64,000 nucleotides of DNA from Amphiscolops sp. MND2022 (Eukaryota), in the NCBI GenBank assembly GCA_964187785.1, contig OZ076409.1, positions 49,292,001-49,356,000 of the forward strand, given 5' to 3'. Shown one piece after another: positions 49,417-62,363 of the stretch; the first letter of the stretch is position 1, and every line of letters starts with the position of its first letter. A program made the translations under genes and the position numbers. The notes under the pieces were generated by a model. It searched no databases. It had not been told where the DNA came from and worked only from the letters and a program-made list of their open reading frames with translations.

Positions 49417-49870
49417 CCTCGACAGTACACCGAGAAATCGAAAAATTGACAAAATTTTGGCAAAATTTTTTCAAAGATTCATTTCTCGAAGATGCGCCGA
49501 GCCTTTCAAATATCGGTTGAACTCATAACTGAAGCTTCATTGAAAAACCTTCTATATGCGTTTTCAATGGTGACAAACTGTGTTAATAGAGTGGGACAGT
49601 AACTTAGCAAACAGTTGCTCAGTTATTGAGAAAAAATGAATTTTCTGAAATGAACTTTTTTGCAATTTTTCACTTTTTTTCAGTTACTTTTTTGCCAGTG
49701 GCTCGGATAAAAATCTATATTGACACAAATAACAATTCACACCAGATAGTCCAATAGATTGTCGAAAAGAAAGACATTTCGTTTTCTTCTATGCTTTTTG
49801 CGTGTCGTAATTTATTATTGATTGCGAAAAAAATCGCTGTCCTCATTTGAGGACGAAATCACTGTCGAGG
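49417..49870. mobile_element. piggyBac-like MITE with TTAA TSD
   Basis: TTAA-CCTCGACAGT...ACTGTCGAGG-TTAA. Confidence 0.85.
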
Positions 49871-50977
49871 TTAAAAAATTTCCAGCTGAAATACAGAAAA
49901 TTATCAAATATGAAATGAGAGAAACTTTCCAAAAGTAATTTTTCGAATCAGATTCATAACTTTATAATTATATAAAACAAAGTTGGATACGAATTGACAT
50001 ATATCGTCTTTTTTAGACATGGAAATATAGTATACTAACACTCTATAGTATGCAGTATAGTAATTTCTGTTCAGTAATTCTGTATTTTAGTGGTGCTTAA
50101 GAGCATTACTTATACCAAAATGAATGAAAGTTAAGGTCTTTTTGCGTTTTCATCCATGATCATCCATCAAGTTTCATGAAACTCTTGTTAAGAATCATGG
50201 GATTTCTTAAATTTCTTGGCACGATCTTGCAAGATCTTGCAAACTCGCGGATTTCTTGATAAGAATCTTGCGTAAGATTCTTCCCAAGAAATCAAGGAAT
50301 ATCCAAGATTCTTATCAAGAGTTCCAAGAGTTTTTACACAGGGATTCGAAAATTATGATCAAATGACATTGAGTTTAGTTTTCATAGAGCGTATTCACAG
50401 TGGACAACCAGTGCGCGTTCACTTTCGGAGAAAAATAACAACTCTTTTTGTGATGGAATTCTGTCCTTGCGTGCAAGGAATTAACCGTTTTCAAATTCCG
50501 CGCGATAGAGTTGTCTTCAATTCCGCAGGATGTTTCAGAGGATAAATTTTGTAGTTAGTTTTTGGAAAATTGTTCGACCAAAATTGTTCGCTCGGTTTCT
50601 TTCACAAAAAAGCAACTTCAATGAGCAACCAGTTTCTTACCTGAATTACTATAAAACGTATCACTTTTACGTTATTTTATACTGCTCACATTTGATGCGT
50701 AATATTGCGATATCACTAATATATTCATTTTTCTTACTAATATATTGCCATATCACTAATACTTTCTTGACTATTTTTGCTCCAGTTACATTTGAATGCC
50801 ATGCTTTTATGAATGTTTGCGGGATTATGAAATTGTTTCAAAATTTTTATTTTAGAATGTTTCAAGTTTCGTCCAATTTCGTTTTCCAAAGTTCCATTTT
50901 TAGATCATTCGGCTTCAATATTGATTGGCTAAAATCTCTATCATCTTCGACAGTAGCTCAGTTAAACGACTGTACAA

Positions 50978-52139
50978 CAGGGATGCAGTCCCGGGATTCC
51001 GGGCTCCCGAAATCCCGGGATCGCGGACGAAATTGCCCTACCCTAACCCGGCCGGGATTGACTTCCTATTCCGGAAATCTCGCCACCCTTTGTATCAACC
51101 TTCAACTTCAATTATTCCAGATACACTGCGTAACTTTGGTCTGGCGCCACTTCTTTCGCAATACTAATGGCAGTAAGGCAAAATGCAAGCACTGTGGGAC
51201 CAAACTGAAGACCGGAGGGGGATCTACAAAGGGACTAAACACTCACATGAAAACGAAACACAACGAGATCCTTGCACGTGCACCGCTGGTTAATGAAAAA
51301 GTGATCTGCGACTATACTACAATCTCTGCTAGACAATCTGAAGCCAATCAAGTTTCTGGTCCACAAACTGAATGAAGCTCGCAGTTCATTGTTTGTAGCT
51401 CGGAATGCAACTGACTTTCTACTGGATGAATTGTTTGAGCTTCCGACATCACAATTCAATTGAGACTTAGTGAATAATCTAATCGGCCGTATTGAAGAAC
51501 GACGCACAGATGATAATCGATACAATTAAATCATTATACAATATGTTCCATGCAAACAATGTGCCAAATGCCAGCGAACAGCAGCAGGCCGAAGCAATTG
51601 TCGACGTGGCAGAGCCGATGTTCAAAGACAAACTACTTGCAGCTAGGATCGTCAACGCGAAGTCCGACTCATCCGTGCAATAAATACATCAGCTCCGCTA
51701 GTGGCCATTTGATTAAGAAGGAATCTTAATTCTTCTACACTAACAACACCATAAGGAAGTTTCTAACTCAAGTAGAAAAGTGACTGGACACAATTCAGCA
51801 TACATCGGTGGAACTAGAGCGTTGCTTCAGTGCTACGGGCTTGTTTGCTTCCAAAGTTAGAAACCGCTTGGGAGACGAAGTTCTGTCGGTTCTGTAGATC
51901 TTACGAATTTTCTTCGCGAAGCATGCTAGCAAACAGGATGCGCCATAAATTTGATATCCAACTGTTTGCTTATGCTAAATAAGCAAATAAAAAATGTTCG
52001 AAAGGTATTGTTTTTATATTAATGTTTCCTGATGGAAAAAAAATCTTTAATCCCGGGATTATCCCAGGATCTCGGGATCGAACATTGGCTAATCCCGAAT
52101 CCCAGGATTAGGAATAGTGGTCCGGGATTAGCATTCCGA
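50978..52139 (+). mobile_element. Internally deleted hAT transposon (zf-BED and dimerization remnants), copy 1
   Basis: CAGGGATGCAGTCCCGGGA...TCCGGGATTAGCATTCCGA termini; TSD CTGTACAA/CTGTGCAG; VWRHF..AKCKHC..GGSTKGLNTHMKTKH; TSVELERCFSATG..RNRLGDE. Confidence 0.88.
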
Positions 52140-54672
52140 CTGTGCAGTTAATGGAATTTGAACTACATTTTTGATTCCGCTCACTACCGATAAAAACTAC
52201 GTGATCGGAGTATGTCAGCCACGGTATTTCAAAAACATTAACAAGACACCCACTGAGCAGCGAGATATTTTCCGCCCCAAACTGTTAGACAACTAAACAA
52301 ATTTGGGGCTCAAGAATAGCCGATGCACTATAATAACGCATAGAAGTTCGAAGAAAGGAAAGCTTTGATTCATTTAAGCCCATTTCAAAGGAGACTCCCA
52401 ACTTATAATTTCTGCAATAGCTGGCCACTTTTCGTTTTTTCGGCACTATGCGACACACCGACAAATAAGAAATTTTTTGAAAAATATTTTTCGCAATTTT
52501 TAATTTTTAAAGTTTTCTGTAAAGGAAACAGGTTTCCCGAGTCTTGAAGATGACTTCTTTGTTACTTTTGATCATATGGAAGTGACGAGGTTTCTCCTTG
52601 ATTGAGGAAATTATTCCTTTTGTTTTTCGACTCTGTGCGTCTTTCAAAGACTTTCATTTGATCATTGATTACCCCTTGTGTTCATAGCTAATTTCGACTT
52701 GAGAAAAGTAGTTTTGCGAGCTGAAACTCGTTTCGCCATCAGAGAACTTCACCGGAAAAATTTAAAAACTGGATTTTTTTGTGATTCCGGTTGGGGTTTC
52801 CTGGTCTCAGGCGTATTTCTTGAGGTAATTTGTGGCACTGAGAGAATGGCAAAAGCGTGAAACTAGGCCCCTTGCAAGTTTAGAAAAGTTGACCGATCCC
52901 GGTTTGTTATAATATTGCATATAGTTTCAACAGAAGAGTCAAAAATTGGCAATAGTTATGACAACATTGGGGTCAGTTTGAGAAATTTTTCTTTACCTGA
53001 ATCTACAGACGTCTCTTCAAAAATAAGCCTACTAGACATCGAATTTAGTTGTTCGTGAACGTTTACACCATTCTGACCTACGAAGTAGCACGAAAAATTT
53101 TCCTTTAGAAGGTGTACTCCACCTCTGGTGATTTTGTTGCAGCTTATTAAATATTATATATTTGACTTACATTTTCAAGTTAAGGTGCAATTTAACTTGT
53201 CTGATTTTTTTTTCGAAACACTACCGGTAGCTACACGCTTCAGTCCTGAATCTATGGTGTTTCTGATTGAAGAAATTTTCGGAAAGGGTCCAAAATTGGG
53301 ACTATGTTGTCGAAAATAAAGAAAGTTCGGAAACTTCATTCAACTTTTCCCCACTCGCGTTTTGAACACCTTATTGTTTCAACGCTCAGGTCATTGGAAG
53401 TCCTATTCTTCGGAAACGTTCGTGGTTTGAACAAAGATAGGGATTAGTTTGTCAAACAACGTGCTTTTTTGTTGTTTCATGGATTTCGGGAGTTTTTGCG
53501 CCAATTTCAACAAAAACATGCTGCTCTCTCTTCAACATTTCCCACTGGAGTTACCCGGATTAGTAATTTCTGAGTATTCTAAACCATTTTATGCAAGGAA
53601 GTAGCTCAAAACTTGTACAGAAAACTGCCTGAAAATTTAAAAAAAACTTGAAAATTCTTCTAAGTTTTTCCAGTATTTGGGTAATTCTGAGAAAACTTTC
53701 GTCTTTTTTAGACATGGAAATATAGTATACTAACACTCTATAGTATGCAGTATAGTAATTTCTGTTCAGTAATTCTGTATTTTAGTGGTGCTTAAGAGCA
53801 TTACTTATACCAAAATGAAAGAAAGTTAAGGTCTTTTTGCGTTTTCATCCATGATCATCCATCAAGTTTCATGAAACTCTTGTTAAGAATCATGGGATTT
53901 CTTAAATTTCTTGGCACGATCTTGCAAGATCTTGCAAACTCGCGGATTTCTTGATAAGAATCTTGCGTAAGATTCTTCCCAAGAAATCAAGGAATATCCA
54001 AGATTCTTATCAAGAGTTCCAAGAGTTTTTACACAGGGATTCGAAAATTATGATCAAATGACATTGAGTTTAGTTTTCATAGAGCGTATTCACAGTGGAC
54101 AACCAGTGCGCGTTCACTTTCGGAGAAAAATAGCAACTCTTTTTGTGATGGAATTCTGTCCTTGCGTGCAAGGAATTAACCGTTTTCAAATTCCGCGCGA
54201 TAGAGTTGTCTTCAATTCCGCAGGATGTTTCAGAGGATAAATTTTGTAGTTAGTTTTTGGAAAATTGTTCGACCAAAATTGTTCGCTCGGTTTCTTTCAC
54301 AAAAAAGCAACTTCAATGAGCAACCAGTTTCTTACCTGAATTACTATAAAACGTATCACTTTTACGTTATTTTATACTGCTCACATTTGATGCGTAATAT
54401 TGCGATATCACTAATATATTCATTTTTCTTACTAATATATTGCCATATCACTAATACTTTCTTGACTATTTTTGCTCCAGTTACATTTGAATGCCATGCT
54501 TTTATGAATGTTTGCGGGATTATGAAATTGTTTCAAAATTTTTATTTTAGAATGTTTCAAGTTTCGTCCAATTTCGTTTTCCAAAGTTCCATTTTTAGAT
54601 CATTCGGCTTCAATATTGATTGGCTAAAATCTCTATCATCTTCGACAGTAGCTCAGTTAAACGACTGTACAA

Positions 54673-55833
54673 CAGGGATGCAGTCCCGGGATTCCGGGCT
54701 CCCGAAATCCCGGGATCGCGGACGAAATTGCCCTACCCTAACCCGGCCGGGATTGACTTCCTATTCCGGAAATCTCGCCACCCTTTGTATCAACCTTCAA
54801 CTTCAATTATTCCAGATACACTGCGTAACTTTGGTCTGGCGCCACTTCTTTCGCAATACTAATGGCAGTAAGGCAAAATGCAAGCACTGTGGGACCAAAC
54901 TGAAGACCGGAGGGGGATCTACAAAGGGACTAAACACTCACATGAAAACGAAACACAACGAGATCCTTGCACGTGCACCGCTGGTTAATGAAAAAGTGAT
55001 CTGCGACTATACTACAATCTCTGCTAGACAATCTGAAGCCAATCAAGTTTCTGGTCCACAAACTGAATGAAGCTCGCAGTTCATTGTTTGTAGCTCGGAA
55101 TGCAACTGACTTTCTACTGGATGAATTGTTTGAGCTTCCGACATCACAATTCAATTGAGACTTAGTGAATAATCTAATCGGCCGTATTGAAGAACGACGC
55201 ACAGATGATAATCGATACAATTAAATCATTATACAATATGTTCCATGCAAACAATGTGCCAAATGCCAGCGAACAGCAGCAGGCCGAAGCAATTGTCGAC
55301 GTGGCAGAGCCGATGTTCAAAGAGAAACTACTTGCAGCTAGGATCGTCAACGCGAAGTCCGACTCATCCGTGCAATAAATACATCAGCTCCGCTAGTGGC
55401 CATTTGATTAAGAAGGAATCTTAATTCTTCTACACTAACAACACCATAAGGAAGTTTCTAACTCAAGTAGAAAAGTGACTGGACACAATTCAGCATACAT
55501 CGGTGGAACTAGAGCGTTGCTTCAGTGCTACGGGCTTGTTTGCTTCCAAAGTTAGAAACCGCTTGGGAGACGAAGTTCTGTCGGTTCTGTAGATCTTACG
55601 AATTTTCTTCGCGAAGCATGCTAGCAAACAAGATGCGCCATGAATTTGATATCCAACTGTTTGCTTATGCTAAATAAGCAAATAAAAAATGTTCGAAAGG
55701 TATTGTTTTTATATTAATGTTTCCTGATGGAAAAAAATCTTTAATCCCGGGATTATCCCAGGATCTCGGGATCGAACATTGGCTAATCCCGAATCCCAGG
55801 ATTAGGAATAGTGGTCCGGGATTAGCATTCCGA
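54673..55833 (+). mobile_element. Internally deleted hAT transposon, copy 2 (part of the duplication)
   Basis: Same termini, TSD and motifs as copy 1. Confidence 0.88.
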
Positions 55834-56639
55834 CTGTGCAGTTAATGGAATTTGAACTACATTTTTGATTCCGCTCACTACCGATAAAAACTACGTGATC
55901 GGAGTATGTCAGCCACGGTATTTCAAAAACATTAACAAGACACCCACTGAGCAGCGAGATATTTTCCGCCCCAAACTGTTAGACAACTAAACAACTTTGG
56001 GGCTCAAGAATAGCCGATGCACTATAATAACGCATAGAAGTTCGAAGAAAGGAAAGCTTTGATTCATTTAAGCCCATTTCAAAGGAGACTCCCAACTTAT
56101 AATTTCTGCAATAGCTGGCCACTTTTCGTTTTTTCGGCACTATGCGACACACCGACAAATAAGAAATTTTTTGAAAAACATTTTTCGCAATTTTTAATTT
56201 TTAAAGTTTTCTGTAAAGGAAACAGGTTTCCCGAGTCTTGAAGATGACTTCTTTGATACTTTTGATCATATGGAAGTGACGAGGTTTCTCCTTGATTGAG
56301 GAAATTATTCCTTTTGTTTTTCGACTCTGTGCGTCTTTCAAAGACTTTCATTTGATCAATGATTACCCCTTGTGTTCAGAGCTGATTTCGACTTGAGAAA
56401 AGTAGTTTTGCGAGCTGAAACTCGTTTCGCCATCAGAGAACTTCACCGGAAAAATTTAAAAACTGGATTTTTTTGTGATTCCGGTTGGGGTTTCCTGGTC
56501 TCAGGCGTATTTCTTGAGGTAATTTGTGGCACTGAGAGAATGGCAAAAGCGTGAAACTAGGCCCCTTGCAAGTTTAGAAAAGTTGACCGATCCCGGTTTG
56601 TTATAATATTGCATATAGTTTCAACAGAAGAGTCAAAAA

Positions 56640-59157
56640 TTGGCAATAGTTATGACAACATTGGGGTCAGTTTGAGAAATTTTTCTTTACCTGAATCTAC
56701 AGACGTCTCTTCAAAAATAAGCCTACTAGACATCGAATTTAGTTGTTCGTGAACGTTTACACCATTCTGACCTACGAAGTAGCACGAAAAATTTTCCTTT
56801 AGAAGGTGTACTCCACCTCTGGTGATTTTGTTGCAGCCTATTAAATATTATATATTTGACTTACATTTTCAAGTTAAGGTGCAATTTAACTTGTCTGATT
56901 TTTTTTTCGAAACACTACCGGTAGCTACACGCTTCAGTCCTGAATCTATGGTGTTTCTGATTGAAGAAATTTTCGGAAAGGGTCCAAAATTGGGACTATG
57001 TTGTCGAAAATAAAGAAAGTTCGGAAACTTCATCCAACTTTTCCCCACTTGCGTTTTGAACACCTTATTGTTTCAACGCTCAGGTCATTGGAAGTCCTAT
57101 TCTACGGAAACGTTCGTGGTTTGAACAAAGATAGGGATTAGTTTGTCAAACAACGTGCTTTTTTGTTGTTTCATGGATTTCGGGAGTTTTTGCGCCAATT
57201 TCAACAAAAACATGCTGCTCTCTCTTCAACATTTCCCACTGGAGTTACCCGGATTAGTAATTTCTGAGTATTCTAAACCATTTTATGCAAGGAAGTAGCT
57301 CAAAACTTGTACAGAAAACTGCCTGAAAATTTAAAAAAACTTGAAAATTCTTCTAAGTTTTTCCAGTATTTGGGTAATTCTGAGAAAACTTTCGCCATAA
57401 AGTAGCCTTTTTTCGAGAAACGTGCTTCGGACCTACTTTTATCATCTTGAGATTTTCGAAGCTTTTTAAAACCGAAATTCTAAAATCTCAAATAAATAGT
57501 GAAAACTTCGACATTTTCGAACTTTTGCGGTCAATTTTGAGACATTTTCCAACAGCAGTCTGCAAATAGTCCTTTGAAGACTACTGGAATTTGACTTCAG
57601 TCTTTGTTGCACTTTTTCCAACATTCTGATTCTAAAACGATTCAAAAAGCACACAAGTTGCGCAAAAACGAAGATGTTGAAGTTTGGAGTCGTTCTGAAG
57701 TGTTTTTGAAGCAAAACGCTGCAACGTTCTCTTCAAAATATGTAATGCAAAGCTCGTTGGTTCGTTGTTGATTTAATTGCGGTGGAACTTAGAACAAAAT
57801 TTTTCGGAAAATGTACAGAAACATCATCAAAAACGACAAAAACTTCAAATTTTTTGAAGGGTAAGGGTCAGTTTGAGGCATTTTTTTTTACAAATTGAAC
57901 TTATCTCGTTACGACAGCTCACCGAAACAACAAGCTTGCCCATGCTTGAAGCGTTTTAGAATTCTAGTTCACGATATTTTGTCTAAAGATAAACAAAAAT
58001 AGTGAAAGTCGGAAAATTTTCGAATTTTTGTCTGTTGTGATGTCACTACTGGACAATATTCGTTTGAAAAACTTCTTTTATCGTTTTTCTAAGCACACTG
58101 GACAACACAATCTTTCCTTCTTGACCCTTTTCATTGTTCCAGATGCCTGTCGATAATTTGGGAAAAAAATTAATAAAAACTTTGAAAGTTGGAAAATTTT
58201 GAGATTTTGGTCATTTTCGAAGTCAATTTGAGACATTTTCATTCAAAACATTGCAATTATCTCTTCATAAAAGACTACTGGACAACCGACTGTTTCCTTG
58301 TTGCCACTTTGAATCTTTCCAATCCACGAAGTCTGTCGAAACTTTAACGAAAAATGCATAAAAACTTTGAAAATTGAAAAATTTTGGGTTTTTTGTCATT
58401 ACCGGTGTTAATTTGAGACATTTTCACTTAAAAGACTGCAATAAACTCTTCAAACAAGCCTACTGGACAACACATTCTTTCCCTTTTGACCCTTTCCAAT
58501 GTTCCAATCTACAATGTCCGTCGAAATATAAAAAAATATATTAAAAAAAGCTTACTGGACAACGTAGTAGTGCCATGTTGAGCATTTTCAACATTCTACT
58601 CCACGAAGACTATCAAAAATTTGTCAAAATTGCATAAAAACGTTAAAATTCAGGAATTTTTTGATTTTTTTGTCATTTTAGGGTGTTTTTCTTTCGAAAA
58701 AAGCCGCATTTATTTCTTCATAATCGACTACAGAACTACGAATTCCTGCCTTGTTGAACATTTTTAACATTACAATTTACGACATTTAATTTAGGAAGCT
58801 GCCTTCTTCTCCCCAAACAACCCTATTGGACAACGAATTTGTTTTCGAACGTTTTCTATAGATTTCACGAAATCTATAGATAATTTGACAAAAATTGATT
58901 TAAAACGGATAAAATAGGAAAATTTTGCAGGTTTCACTATTTTTAGGGTCATTTTTGGGTCATTCTGGGGCCTTTGGGGTCAACTAAAAATATCCAGAAA
59001 TCTCCACAAATGCAAATCGCACGAATCTTATGTGAGTTGAATTCTATGGGTAACACCCTTTTAGTTAAGTATAGATTTGGTGCTTGGCAAATTTTGTAAA
59101 AAAAACCGTTTTACTTAAATATTTTCCTTTCCCATATGAAATATGGGTGGAAAATAA
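56640..59157 (-). repeat. Family B element (inverted) with degenerate ~125-bp internal repeats
   Basis: 58866-59157 is the reverse complement of 62364-62661; recurring ACTACTGGACAAC motif. Left boundary is approximate. Confidence 0.6.
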
Positions 59158-59502
59158 AAACAGCTGATAGAATTCGAATTGATCAATCGACTAGTTGAGT
59201 TGTCATCCACTTGAGGTAGACTCGCTGAACTCATTTTTTAAAGTGGTCTTGAAGGCGCCCGCCCATGCGCATTCTAAGAAAGATACATGATCCCCTCGCC
59301 CGTGCCTAATTCCTGAATCTGTTCAGACAAAACTCTTGTATGCAAAATTTGATATCAGAATTTGCGAAACACGAAACTTGAGTGACATTTTATGGACATT
59401 AAAGAACTATAAATTAAATATGCAGCTTGACATTGACCCAGGTCAGTTCAAGATAAATTGGATAAAATCAGACTGATCGATTGGGAAAATTGGTTACTGA
59501 GC

Positions 59503-62253
59503 TCAACTTCCGACAAGATGACCCGAGAAGGAGCTGTCCTGGCCAATCACAATTTTGGCTTTCGACAAATTTTCCACTTCTACAGATAATGGCTGATCGG
59601 CCTGAAACATGCATGAGCATTAAAAAAATCAAAGTTACATGGATGTTGATAAAATGTTTTCAAAGTTGCGAAGAAATAATTAACTAACCTTGAGGTAGAG
59701 AAGAGATGAAAAGAATACACTGAAGTGCTTGGCCGAAGGAATGCTTTGGTAGAATTTTGAACTGGGTCTGAAACGAAAGCAGACAGCATTTCACAATGGA
59801 AAATTGAGAGACGTTGAATTTCTATCGATATATCAAAGTTCAAAAATGGTTGAACTACAGGAACTTTCAAATCGAATAAATTTTCAGCAAATATTAATTG
59901 AAGTGAACAAAGTTGATTCAATTTTCTATACATAAAAACATTGAATAAATGAAAATATAAATGTAAATAGTAAAGATATTAAATATGAAGTATATAGCCG
60001 AAACCCGAAAGATAGGGACCCGACGAGCTAAAAAACCATTCTCTACCCTTACTGAATGAAGATATATTTATAATTGCAGAATTTTTAAAATAATTTATAA
60101 TTGGAGAATAATCCGAGAATAGAATTGGAGAAGCATATATTTTTAGTTTTTTGTATTAAATCATTCAAGGCAATTTCAATTTCCAAACTCTAACTTCAAG
60201 TATATCTAGAAAGTTTATGTGGAAAAGGCTGACCTCCTTTCAGTGTATATCTGGTCTGAGGCGTAGATTGATATCTGTATGTAGTGTTTGAGTCTGATCT
60301 GCTCCAGCTGTGCCTCCGCCACCCGGAAGTGGATGTTGGTCGACAGAGAGTACACCCCGGACACTGCCACTCTCAGTCTCTGGACAGACGAGGAGCCACT
60401 GTCCTCCTCCAGCTGGAAGCCCCGGATGAAGCTGCCACTACCCACCGGCTGAAGTAATATCACTTCTGATTGGACAATGTTACGAGCCATACCATACATT
60501 TACTGAAGTATGCATAGGTGTTGTGACATTTGAAACTTCAGTTAAAAAATTCAGACCATTTTCGTTCTTATTTTAGAAATTTATAGTCGAAGAAACTTAT
60601 ACATCAGGTTATTTAAAACAAGCCGGGACCGGCCCAAGCCGTCGCCCCGCTCAAGTTTCAAAAAATCAAGTCTCTTAAATAGGCAAAGGACATTTTTTCG
60701 CAAAGTCGCATAGTGCCGAAACAGGAGCTTTCAGCTCGCAAAACTACTTTTTCGCAAGCCGGAATCAGTTGTCAAAGTGAGGGGGCCACCCTTTGACCAA
60801 ATGAAAGTTTCTTTGGAAAACTGTCACAGAGCCGAAACCAGCCGTAGGCCTTTTCCACAATCATTGAGAAGACTCATCAGTTCCAATTGATCAAAAATTA
60901 ACAGAAAGGTCACCTTTGAAGACTCGGAAAACGATTTTCCTTCACAGGAAACCTCAAAAGCCAAAAATTGTGAAGAAAACTTTGCATAAAGCTGAAAAAG
61001 AACTAAAATGGCCATCTATGCTCGCAAACCGCTTTCTTTGCGCTGAAAATCGACAGAGGGTTTTCGGTTTGCCCAAGGTCACGAAGGTCTGAATGCTCAC
61101 CGTTGCTCTTTTTATTTTGCTTTCCACCATCAAATGCGTTATTTTTTGTCGCTGACCATACCGCTAAGTTAGGCACAACAGACTTACTTAAGACCCAGCA
61201 GTGCTGAGTTGAGAGAGCTTCGAACCTGATACCGCCCCAGTCAGGTCGAATGCCCTAATCACTACACCATGCTCCCCCCAAACCAGATGCTTCAAGGGGA
61301 TCCAGCTTCGAGTGATTTTCAACATTGTGAGACTTTTTTACAAGATTCAATAAAGAATCCCCTTTATGGTTTTTTGAGATTTTGAGTCACGAAATGTTTT
61401 ATATGCCCAAAAGTATGAAGATTTTTCTGAAATTTATTTTTTTAAAGAAAAACAGACTTTTAGAACATTACGGACACTGCGCTTGACTTGTGACATTCCC
61501 GTGGAATTCATTTAAATAACTCTCTTTTAAATAATTCTTTTAAATCTCAATGATGTCAACTGACCAGGTAGAAGTTAGTGAGAGGCATGGAGGACCAAGG
61601 GTTGACGACGATGTTGTTTCTCAGCTGGACATTGAATCCGTAATACACGGGGAACGGATCAAACCTGGAGTCCAGCAGGAAGTCTGGCACCGGGCTACTG
61701 GGGTAGTACTCACACGCATTGCCGCACTGCAACAGTTTAAAGAACGTAAACGGTTCAAAGAACGGTAAATTGAATACAACACATTTGTGATATGCTTTCA
61801 ATAAAGATACTGATACTAACCTATTCCAGTTTTTCTAAAAAAAAGACAATTAACTTGCTGACGTGTTTTTTTTTCAAAATTAGATGTTCACCGAGCTTTC
61901 AAAAAAAAGGACGTCTAGAAATCTAGTCCCCGGTCAACATCGGGATAATTTCTTGTTCCACGTGGAAAATGTTTTGATCATCCCATAAATTTTTGGAGAA
62001 ACTTTTGCCGTAGTATTTAGATAGATACCTGCGATCTAATAATTTCGGCGGCCCGATGTTCAGAGAGAAGCTTGATTTCGTTTCTCAGTTCCGTAAGGAT
62101 CGATTGAGCTTGTGACGTGTATTGGGGATGTTGTGCTTCCTTTCGCTGTGAATCAGGAGAGCCTTTTTGAAGAGATGTCAATTTGGAGTTGAGGTTGGCA
62201 CCAAAATCACTAGTGTCTCCCCAGGGGTTGTAAAAACCACCAAAAACGTTGTC
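59503..62253 (-). CDS. Adipolin/erythroferrone (C1QTNF12/ERFE, FAM132)-like C1q/TNF-domain gene. Exons 62029-62253, 61565-61726, 60234-60448, 59689-59767, 59503-59601; 5' exons not located
   Basis: All five exons join in phase at GT-AG sites: SILTELRNEIK, GFNVQLRNNIVV..LTNFYL, PVGSGSFIRG..VAVSGVYSLSTNIHF, FSVFFSSLLYLK, ADQPLSVEVENLSKAKIVIGQDSSFSGHLVGS*. Confidence 0.82.
60615..61490 (-). mobile_element. Family A DINE-like element in intron, containing a tRNA-like segment
   Basis: AAAACAAGCCGGGACCGGCCCAAG terminus; right boundary is approximate. Confidence 0.55.
61208..61277 (-). pseudogene. tRNA-derived (A-box/B-box) segment inside a repeat
   Basis: Minus strand TGGTGTAGTGATTAG (A box) ... 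GGTTCGAAGC (B box); acceptor stem does not pair. Confidence 0.55.
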
Positions 62254-62363
62254 CTTAAAATGACAAAAGAAGTGAAACTAGCTATATTTATTGTCTTGAA
62301 CACTTTAATCCTAGCATTGTCTACAGAAAAACAGTTGTCATTTTGCAAGTGGAGGAATCCTTG

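Larger units (their letters stand above)
50004..57394. repeat. 3.7-kb tandem duplication (50004-53701 / 53699-57394)
   Basis: ORFs repeat at offset 3694-3695; TCG microhomology at the junction; scattered SNPs. Confidence 0.96.

Noticed and set aside
61208..61277. Functional tRNA gene
   Set aside because: A and B boxes are present but acceptor and anticodon stems do not pair well, and it is embedded in a repeat.
61550..61768. Plus-strand 72-aa ORF
   Set aside because: Antisense to an in-phase exon of the adipolin-like gene.
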